Source: a virus
Virus record (IMG/VR): IMGVR_UViG_3300042321_002027
DNA length: 64,000 bases
Reading direction: 5' to 3' (one strand)
The notes below the pieces were generated by a model. That model was not told where the DNA came from. It was given only the letters and a program-made list of their open reading frames with translations, and did no database searches. A program made the translations under genes and the position numbers. This document shows, one piece after another, positions 57,124 to 64,000 of the stretch (position 1 is its first letter; each line of letters begins with the position of its first letter).

Positions 57124-57151
57124 ATTATACGCAAATTTGAATTTAAGTAAA
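57124..57151 (-). promoter_or_regulatory. antisense sigma70-like promoter TTTACT-N16-TATAAT
   Basis: Minus strand reads TTTACTtaaattcaaatttgcgTATAAT in the uvsW-gp55 gap. Confidence 0.45.
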
Positions 57152-57161
57152 GGACTATTTT

Positions 57162-57710
57162 ATGGCAAAGCGAGTAGTAAATTATATCAATAACAAGACA
57201 CTTTATTCTGCAATGATTCAATATAAAAACTCAGTTGAAGAAGCAGTTAAGGAAAGCAGACAGAAACCAAAGGTTTCAGAGTACATCGGTCAATCAATTC
57301 TTTTAATTTGTAATAATCTGGCAAAGAAACCAAACTTTTCTGGATATACATATAAACAGGATATGATTTCGGATGGTATAATTGATTGTGTTGCTGCAGT
57401 TGATAATTTTAATCCTGACAAAACGAATAATCCATTCGCTTACTTTACACAGATTGCTTGGAATGCTTTTATTAGAAGAATACACAAAGAGAAAAAGCAA
57501 ACTTATATTAAGCATAAGAATTACGAGAACAGTGTTTTGTTAGAAGAACATTGGGAGCATTCTACAGGTCAATTAAAAACAAATGAATACTCAGATGAAG
57601 TGGTTAGAAACTTTGAAAATAAGTTGACTAAAACTAAAAAACCTAGTAAACTTAGTGGGATTGAAGTGTTTTCAGAAGAGTTGAATGATGAAGATAGCGT
57701 TAATAACTGA
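57162..57710 (+). CDS. gp55: late transcription sigma factor gp55
   Basis: YINNK, YIG.SI..I...LA.KPNF.GY, MISDGI..C, NPFAYFTQI. Confidence 0.95.
   Translation: MAKRVVNYINNKTLYSAMIQYKNSVEEAVKESRQKPKVSEYIGQSILLICNNLAKKPNFSGYTYKQDMISDGIIDCVAAVDNFNPDKTNNPFAYFTQIAWNAFIRRIHKEKKQTYIKHKNYENSVLLEEHWEHSTGQLKTNEYSDEVVRNFENKLTKTKKPSKLSGIEVFSEELNDEDSVNN
57624..57652 (+). promoter_or_regulatory. sigma70-like promoter TTGACT-N17-TAAACT for gp47/gp46
   Basis: Inside the 3' end of gp55; 17-bp spacer. Confidence 0.5.
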
Positions 57711-58755
57711 TACACATTGGGGTGTAAGAAACGACAATGTGGCATTCCTTGACAACAATAAAAAGTTTCTTGATGAAATCTTTTTTCCCTATATTGACAG
57801 GAACGGTATTAACACTGTTGTTCATCTTGGTGATCTTGTCGATAGGCGTAAGTACATTAACATAAACACTGCTCGTAGAATGAGGGTCGACTTTCTTGAA
57901 AAACTTAAAGAACGCAATCTCGAAGTTCATCTTATCGCTGGCAATCACGACACTCATTATAAAAATACAAATGAAGTTAACGCTATTAAGGAGCTTGTTG
58001 AAAATGCATACCCTTCTTTCAAAACTTACACCAAGCATGCCGAATCTGTCACTTTTGGTGGAGTACCTATTCTATTCATCCCTTGGATTTGCGATGATAA
58101 TCGGGAGCAAGTTCTAAATGCCATTAAAACCACCTCCAGCCAAATTGCCCTCGGTCACCTTGAGATCTGCGGCTTTGAAATGTTTAAAGGGTCTGTTGTC
58201 TCTCATGGTGATGATCGTAGCCTTTTCAATAAGTTTGATATTGTTATGTCTGGGCATTTCCATCATAGGTCCACTGATGGTCATATTGTTTATCTTGGTA
58301 GCCATGGCGAGTTTACTTGGTCTGACTTCGATGATCCACGAGGTTTTCATGTATTCGATACGGAAACTAGGGAACTAATCTTTATTGAAAATCCTTTTAA
58401 GATGTTCAAAAAGGTTTGGTATAATGATGCTGATGATGCTTTTCTTCAAAAGAAGATAGACTATAGTCAATATCGTGGTTGTATACTTAAAGTTATTGTT
58501 ACAAACAAAACAAACCACTATTGGTTCGATAAGTTTATTGAAAATTTAGAAAGCGAAAATCCTCTAGAAATACAAATAGTCGAAGATAATTTACACTTGA
58601 ATCTTGAAGATGATCAAGACATAGTTAACGAAGCTGAATCGACTCTTGATATTTTCAAGAAATATATCGAAAACTATGAAATGAAAAACATCAATAAAGA
58701 TAAGTTGACTAAAAAGATATTCGACTTATACAATGAGGCTATTAGTATAGTATGA
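57685..58755 (+). CDS. gp47: recombination nuclease gp47 (Mre11/SbcD-like)
   Basis: DTHWG, HLGDL.DRR, GNHD, GHLE, SGHFH motifs. Confidence 0.95.
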   Translation: MMKIALITDTHWGVRNDNVAFLDNNKKFLDEIFFPYIDRNGINTVVHLGDLVDRRKYININTARRMRVDFLEKLKERNLEVHLIAGNHDTHYKNTNEVNAIKELVENAYPSFKTYTKHAESVTFGGVPILFIPWICDDNREQVLNAIKTTSSQIALGHLEICGFEMFKGSVVSHGDDRSLFNKFDIVMSGHFHHRSTDGHIVYLGSHGEFTWSDFDDPRGFHVFDTETRELIFIENPFKMFKKVWYNDADDAFLQKKIDYSQYRGCILKVIVTNKTNHYWFDKFIENLESENPLEIQIVEDNLHLNLEDDQDIVNEAESTLDIFKKYIENYEMKNINKDKLTKKIFDLYNEAISIV

Positions 58756-60458
58756 TTTTATTTAAAAAGATACGTTGGAAAAACTTTTTATCTACTGGAA
58801 ATATCTTTACAGAACTTCAGCTGAATAACAGTAATACCACTTTAGTCGTTGGTGAAAATGGCGCTGGTAAATCAACTTTACTGGATGCTTTGTCATTCGT
58901 TTTGTTTAGTAAGCCGTTTAGAAAAATCAATAAGCCACAATTGGTTAATACCATCACACAGAAACAATTGATTGTTGAGGTTGAATTTTCTATTGGATCT
59001 AACGAGTATAAGATCGTCCGTGGTATGAAGCCAAACCTTTTCGAGGTTTACCAAAACGGTAAGCTTATGAATCAATCTGCAGAAATGAAAGACTATCAGG
59101 AAATACTCGAAAAGCAAATTATCAAAGTAAACCATAAATCGTTTTGTCAAGTTGTTGTATTGGGTTCTGCAACATTCCAACCCTTCATGCAGCTTACTGC
59201 GTATCAACGTAGAGAAATTATTGAAGATCTTTTAGACCTTCAGATATTTACTACAATGAACTCTCTGTTGAAAGACAAAGTTCTAATCAATTCTGAAAAC
59301 ATACAATCTGCAAGTTCTGATAAAAAATTGATAGAAGAAAAGATTGTTCTTGTTAAGGAACACTTAAAAGAAATACAAAACAATAATGTAAAATTAATTG
59401 AAGAAAAACAATCACGTATTCAAGAAACCAATAATCAGATCACAAAGTTAAATAATGAATATTGGGAGTATGAAACCAAGCGGAAAAATCTCGAAAATTC
59501 TTTAGCTGACGAGGAAACAGTTTCAAAGAAGCTTAATAAGCTGGGCCAATTGAGGCATCAAATTGAAGCAAATCTCAATATCTTGAACAAAGAAGTTGGG
59601 TTTTTCCACAAGTATGATAACTGTCCAACCTGCAAACAGCAAATTGATGAGAAGTTTAAGAACGAAACAATCAACACAAAAGAATCTGAGATTGTAAAAA
59701 TTCAAGACGGTCTTGAAATGCTCAGCAAAGAATACGAAAAGGTCAACACTCGTCTTAATGAGCTGATCGAGATACACTCTGAAATCAACCACAACAAACT
59801 TGAAATCAGCAGAGTTAAAACAAAAATATCATCACTAATTGAATATCGTGACGCTCTTGAAAAAGAAATAAAAACCATAGACAAAAAGACCGTTGAGGAA
59901 GAAAACAATAAAGTTCCAGAACTAGAAAAGAGCTTAAAGGGCATAGAAGAAAAATACTATGATCTTATGGAAGAAAGAAACATACTTTCGATCGCATCTA
60001 ACTTATTGAAAGACGGCGGCATTAAAGCTAAGATTATCAAGCAGTATATCCCCGTAATCAATAAGCTGATCAACAAATATCTCTCTTCAATGGAATTCAT
60101 GTGTCAGTTTGAACTTGATGAAGAGTTCAATGAGACTATTAAATCAAGATATAGAGACGTTTTCAGTTATGCTTCCTTCTCTGAAGGCGAAAAGATGCGT
60201 ATCAATCTTGCTATTCTTTTCACTTGGAGAGCTATTGCTAAGTTGAGAAACTCTATCAATACGAACATTCTTATCATGGACGAAGTGTTTGACAGTTCTT
60301 TAGACTCTAATGGAACAGAAGAGTTCCTCAAGATAATAAACAGCTTGACTTCAGATACAAACACGTTTATAATAAGCCATAAAACTGATCAGCTTTACGA
60401 CAAGTTTGAAAAGGTCATAAAGTTCGAGAAACATAAAAATTTTAGTAGGATAGTGTAA
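58752..60458 (+). CDS. gp46: recombination ATPase gp46 (Rad50/SbcC-like)
   Basis: GENGAGKST, CPTC zinc hook, FSEGEK, MDEVFDSSLD. Confidence 0.96.
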   Translation: MILFKKIRWKNFLSTGNIFTELQLNNSNTTLVVGENGAGKSTLLDALSFVLFSKPFRKINKPQLVNTITQKQLIVEVEFSIGSNEYKIVRGMKPNLFEVYQNGKLMNQSAEMKDYQEILEKQIIKVNHKSFCQVVVLGSATFQPFMQLTAYQRREIIEDLLDLQIFTTMNSLLKDKVLINSENIQSASSDKKLIEEKIVLVKEHLKEIQNNNVKLIEEKQSRIQETNNQITKLNNEYWEYETKRKNLENSLADEETVSKKLNKLGQLRHQIEANLNILNKEVGFFHKYDNCPTCKQQIDEKFKNETINTKESEIVKIQDGLEMLSKEYEKVNTRLNELIEIHSEINHNKLEISRVKTKISSLIEYRDALEKEIKTIDKKTVEEENNKVPELEKSLKGIEEKYYDLMEERNILSIASNLLKDGGIKAKIIKQYIPVINKLINKYLSSMEFMCQFELDEEFNETIKSRYRDVFSYASFSEGEKMRINLAILFTWRAIAKLRNSINTNILIMDEVFDSSLDSNGTEEFLKIINSLTSDTNTFIISHKTDQLYDKFEKVIKFEKHKNFSRIV

Positions 60459-60964
60459 TGCAGTTAGTAAATCATAATGACCCAATATTAACCACTCCTT
60501 GTAAAACATTTAATTTTTTAAGTGCTCCATTTGATCCTGTGCAGTTTGCTAAAGATCTTGTCAAGTTCATGCATGATAGTAATGGAATCGGTATTGCAGC
60601 TAACCAAGTTGGTATCCCATATAGAATTTTTGCTATGAGAGGAGCTCCTGAAAACTTCGTTTGTATTAACCCAAAGATTGTATGGAAATCAGAAGCTAAT
60701 GTAGAGCTTGAAGAAGGATGCTTGACTTATAATGGGTTATTAGTTAAGATTACTAGACCGCAGCATATTCGTGTTAGATTCAGCACGCCTAATGGCGATG
60801 TGTTAACGAAACAGTTTACGGGAATGACTGCTAGAATATTTCAACATGAACTAGATCATTTGGATGGAATCCTTTTCTACAACAGAGCAAACCGCTATCA
60901 CCGCGACCAAGCATTGAAGAAATGGAAACGTGGCGATAAATTTGAAATGAAAGTATCTGCATGA
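60458..60964 (+). CDS. def: peptide deformylase
   Basis: GIGIAANQVG, EGCL, QHELDHLDG motifs. Confidence 0.93.
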   Translation: MQLVNHNDPILTTPCKTFNFLSAPFDPVQFAKDLVKFMHDSNGIGIAANQVGIPYRIFAMRGAPENFVCINPKIVWKSEANVELEEGCLTYNGLLVKITRPQHIRVRFSTPNGDVLTKQFTGMTARIFQHELDHLDGILFYNRANRYHRDQALKKWKRGDKFEMKVSA

Positions 60965-61500
60965 ACATTTTCTACATTGATAAAGATCCAGTACAAGCTG
61001 CTCAGTGGATGGTTGACAAGCATGTTGTCAAAATGATCCTTGAGTCTGCGCAACTTCTTTGTACTGCGCATCGTTTGCTCGATGGTGTTGAAAATCTTGG
61101 TAAATCTGCGACTGGCCGTAATGTAAAGCGTTGGACTCTCGCAGATGCTCGCGAGCCAGTTTTGTATTCAGCAACTCACATCAATCATCCCTCTGCTGTT
61201 TGGTGTCGCAAGTCTGTTGAAAACTATAACTGGCTCGCGGATCATATGTTTGCGTTATTAAACGAGTACACTCATCGTTATAATAAGAACCATAAAGTAG
61301 AAGGCGATCTTAGCTATATGCTTCAGTCTCCGCCACATAATCTTAAAGAATATGATATGACTCTAATGCCTTCGGCCATGGCTGACGAATATAAAATTTC
61401 AAATGACCCCTTGACTAATTATCGGAATTATTATAAGATTGGCAAGGCTAAAATGCACAAGTGGACCAACAGGCAACCTCCGGAGTGGATTAATGATTGA
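60961..61500 (+). CDS. pyrimidine-dimer DNA glycosylase (DenV-like family)
   Basis: MNIFY.D.DP..AA....DKHVVKMILESAQLLCTAH, H.NHPSAVW, YR.YY motifs. Confidence 0.7.
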   Translation: MNIFYIDKDPVQAAQWMVDKHVVKMILESAQLLCTAHRLLDGVENLGKSATGRNVKRWTLADAREPVLYSATHINHPSAVWCRKSVENYNWLADHMFALLNEYTHRYNKNHKVEGDLSYMLQSPPHNLKEYDMTLMPSAMADEYKISNDPLTNYRNYYKIGKAKMHKWTNRQPPEWIND

Positions 61501-61756
61501 CGACCAAAACAACCCTCATACTCTTCACCAGTCAGGATACATGGTTTCTTTCTTCAAGAAGAATACAGCGTGCGGCGTGAACGATGACTGGGATAGTTGC
61601 AATCTTTCCTGTTGGTCTTCAGGTGGTGCACTTGATGTTACTATAAAAGATAAGCATTTATATTATGGTATTGTTGGATTGCTTGAGTGTGTTTATCACT
61701 CTGGTGAGTTTAACGCAAAGAAAGAAATTCGTAAAATTTTAGGAGTAAGAGATTAA
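61493..61756 (+). CDS. hypothetical protein
   Basis: ATG at 61493 with GGAG SD, preferred over 61439. Confidence 0.55.
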   Translation: MIDDQNNPHTLHQSGYMVSFFKKNTACGVNDDWDSCNLSCWSSGGALDVTIKDKHLYYGIVGLLECVYHSGEFNAKKEIRKILGVRD

Positions 61757-61757
61757 T

Positions 61758-62138
61758 ATGGCAACTATGTTTGAAAAAGTTCGTGATTTCCATGCAGCGT
61801 TTGGGCAGCGTGTTGGCGAGAAGCCAGAGCTTCCTTCTTATGAAGAACGCGAACTTCGCATGAGATTAATGAAGGAAGAGTTCAACGAGTATAACAAGGC
61901 AGAAGATAATAGCGATATTACTAATCTTGCTGTTGAGCTTGCCGATATTATCTACATCGCTTGCGGTACTGCTGTTTCTTACGGCATTCCTCTTGATGAA
62001 GTATTCAATGCGATTCATTCAGCGAACATGAACAAGCTCGTTGATGGTAAGGTCATCCGTCGCGAAGATGGAAAAATTAAGAAGCCCGAAGGTTGGCAAC
62101 CTGCTGACATAGAAGGTATTCTTAAAAAGTATAGCTAA
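61758..62138 (+). CDS. MazG-like (all-alpha) NTP pyrophosphohydrolase
   Basis: V.DFH.AF, LM.EE..E, ELADIIY, IH.ANM.K, REDGKI.KP. Confidence 0.85.
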   Translation: MATMFEKVRDFHAAFGQRVGEKPELPSYEERELRMRLMKEEFNEYNKAEDNSDITNLAVELADIIYIACGTAVSYGIPLDEVFNAIHSANMNKLVDGKVIRREDGKIKKPEGWQPADIEGILKKYS

Positions 62139-62141
62139 TGC

Positions 62142-62170
62142 TTGACATTAATTCAATTTTGAATTATGAT
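62142..62170 (+). promoter_or_regulatory. sigma70-type promoter TTGACA-N17-TATGAT
   Basis: Near-consensus, intergenic, upstream of the TET/JBP-like gene. Confidence 0.8.
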
Positions 62171-62185
62171 TCGTATATATACGAA
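62170..62185. promoter_or_regulatory. 16-bp perfect palindrome over the predicted transcription start (operator-like)
   Basis: TTCGTATATATACGAA. Confidence 0.5.
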
Positions 62186-62216
62186 GTATCGTACATATAC
62201 AAACATGGAGAAGTAA

Positions 62217-63521
62217 ATGGTTGAGGTTCTTGTAAGAAAGAAGATTAGTTCAGAAGAAACTCTTGGTTCTTTTATTACTTGTAAAGATTATACGGATAGG
62301 ATCATAACTGAAGATTGTGATCTTTATGCTGAATCTATTGATGGTAAACTTTCTGAAGAGAATATCATTTTTAAGTTCAGGAAGAACGTATTTACCAAAG
62401 AAGAAATGGACATGGCGTATGCTGGTCTTAGAGATGCTGCAACTGAGTCGCAAAATCGTGGCATGGCGGCTGGTCCACGTGGCGATCAGTTAGGTCAGGA
62501 AGGTCGTGGCAACCGCGATTGGGTGACTGCTGAACACCTTGAGATTCTTTCTTTCTTGGCAAGACCTACTAATACATTTGATGATGGCACAACTATCGAA
62601 TCAATTCGTGAAAGCCATAAGAAGGGCTCAAAAGAAGAAACTCGTGGTCAGGTTTGGTTACGTTCTGCAGTTACAAAAAAGTATCCTGAGTACCACGGTT
62701 GGTTTGAAAAGTGGCTTACTGGCACTCATAATCTTTCTCGTGAAGAACAAATCAAAGAAGCTAATTACGTAATCAATAATTATATTTCTGATACTAATTA
62801 TGCTCAATCTGTAATGTCTGGCATTGCTGGATATTTTGACAGATATCCCCGCATCCCTCATGGTCGTGTTTGTTCTTATAATGAAAAAAATCCAGAAAAG
62901 TTTAAGCTTGCTTTCCCTTATCTTCGTAAGTTAAATGACCAGTTTAGAGAACTTTTACCTATTCGCTGGGGCAATCAGCGCCGCGAAGCTGACAAGCTTG
63001 ACACGAGATTCCTTGTTGATGAGACAGTTTTCACAACACTGACAGTTAATCATAACTGGCGTACAGCTTGTCACCGAGACGCTGGTGATTTGCATGAAGG
63101 GTTTTCTAACATCTGTGGCATCACTGGTCCTGAAGGTAAGGGTTGGAAAGGTGCTGAGTTTATTCTCCCTGAATATCGTATAGGTATCAATCTTCTACCT
63201 GGAGATATGTTGCTCGTTAACAACCATGGTGGTATTCATGGTAATGACGCTCTTATTGGTGACGATAATGATCGGTTGACACTTGTTTGTTATTTCCGTG
63301 AAAAGATGGTTGAATTGAAATCTTGGGATTACGAGATGCTTCGTAAACAGTTTGTTGAGGAGCGCCGCCTTAATAAGGATCACAAGTTACAAAGACCATT
63401 ATGGAATGGTGTTTCTCCCGGAATGTGGGATGATCAAGAGTGGTTTGATTATATGAAGAAGCACAACATTACAGATCCATACGCAAAGGAAGCAGCAGCG
63501 AGCTTGGATGCATTCTTTTAA
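62217..63521 (+). CDS. TET/JBP-family 2OG-Fe(II) dioxygenase
   Basis: SGIAGYFDR, VFTTLTVN.N.RTACHRDAGD (HxD), GDMLL...H..IHGN, R.TLVCYFRE motifs. Confidence 0.78.
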   Translation: MVEVLVRKKISSEETLGSFITCKDYTDRIITEDCDLYAESIDGKLSEENIIFKFRKNVFTKEEMDMAYAGLRDAATESQNRGMAAGPRGDQLGQEGRGNRDWVTAEHLEILSFLARPTNTFDDGTTIESIRESHKKGSKEETRGQVWLRSAVTKKYPEYHGWFEKWLTGTHNLSREEQIKEANYVINNYISDTNYAQSVMSGIAGYFDRYPRIPHGRVCSYNEKNPEKFKLAFPYLRKLNDQFRELLPIRWGNQRREADKLDTRFLVDETVFTTLTVNHNWRTACHRDAGDLHEGFSNICGITGPEGKGWKGAEFILPEYRIGINLLPGDMLLVNNHGGIHGNDALIGDDNDRLTLVCYFREKMVELKSWDYEMLRKQFVEERRLNKDHKLQRPLWNGVSPGMWDDQEWFDYMKKHNITDPYAKEAAASLDAFF

Positions 63522-64000
63522 TGTGTGGAGTCCTTGGCATAACAATTGCTGATTTTAACGAGAGAGACTACGGAATTATCCGTAGTCTTTTTCAACAGTC
63601 AATGATTCGTGGCAAGCATGCTACTGGTGTTTCTTATGTAAAGAATGGTAAAGTTCACACAATTAAAGAACCAATTCCGGCTGATAAGTTTATACAAAAA
63701 CAAAACTTAGAAACTTGGAGAAACGAAGATGGTAATCTCTATTGTATTGGTCACATTCGCTATAGCACTTCTGACCTACGTTACAATCAGCCTTTTGCAA
63801 CTGATGAGTTGGGCGTTGTGCATAACGGAGTCATATCCCAAGAACCTCCTAGCACATGGCGTCAGCTATTTGGCTATGAAACAGAAACAGCAAACGACTC
63901 CGAGCTTGTTCTGCGAGCAATGGAAAAAGACGAAAATCCACTAGCTGTGTTTCACCCAGCTAGTATGGCGGTCTGTGCGCTGTTTGCCGATAAAAGATTA
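63521..64000 (+). CDS. class II (Ntn) glutamine amidotransferase, truncated by the window end; absent from the ORF track
   Basis: Hand translation: MCGVLG...RGKHATG...GHIRYSTS...NQP...VVHNGVI...NDSE, open to nt 64000; TAATG coupling to the TET/JBP gene. Confidence 0.88.
   Translation, partial: MCGVLGITIADFNERDYGIIRSLFQQSMIRGKHATGVSYVKNGKVHTIKEPIPADKFIQKQNLETWRNEDGNLYCIGHIRYSTSDLRYNQPFATDELGVVHNGVISQEPPSTWRQLFGYETETANDSELVLRAMEKDENPLAVFHPASMAVCALFADKRL

Noticed and set aside
63729-63944. 71-aa ORF in the track
   Set aside because: It lies out of frame inside the glutamine amidotransferase gene starting at 63521.
1-64000. tRNA, rRNA, integrase, transposase or homing endonuclease genes
   Set aside because: None recognised; intergenic gaps are too short and the terminase, portal and capsid genes are uninterrupted.

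Overview
This window is part of a T4-like (myovirus) phage genome, and all genes but one are on the + strand. The left part holds the baseplate module (gp5-like needle, PAAR, gp25, gp6, gp7, gp9/10-like, gp8, a 2067-aa VrlC-like protein) and a ~22 kb tail-fibre/adhesin region. A lysis cassette follows (GH19 endolysin, two holin-like genes, a LysM protein). Next come the neck/terminase/tail/head block (gp13-gp23, gp3), uvsY, uvsW, gp55, gp47, gp46 and peptide deformylase. The window ends in the start of a probable DNA-modification cluster: DenV-like glycosylase, MazG-like pyrophosphatase, TET/JBP-family dioxygenase and a class II glutamine amidotransferase that runs off the end. The most unusual features are: (1) a gp38-like glycine-rich adhesin that appears split in two by a Hint domain plus a sulfotransferase-like gene, next to a methyltransferase-like gene and a double 2OG-Fe(II) oxygenase; (2) a probable overprinted gene inside uvsW that explains an insertion in the helicase; (3) a set of fibre-tip proteins with a shared N-terminal motif; (4) a TET/JBP plus amidotransferase locus with its own sigma70-type promoter and operator-like palindrome; (5) antisense sigma70-like promoters. 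All assignments come from motif recognition and gene order; no database searches were run.
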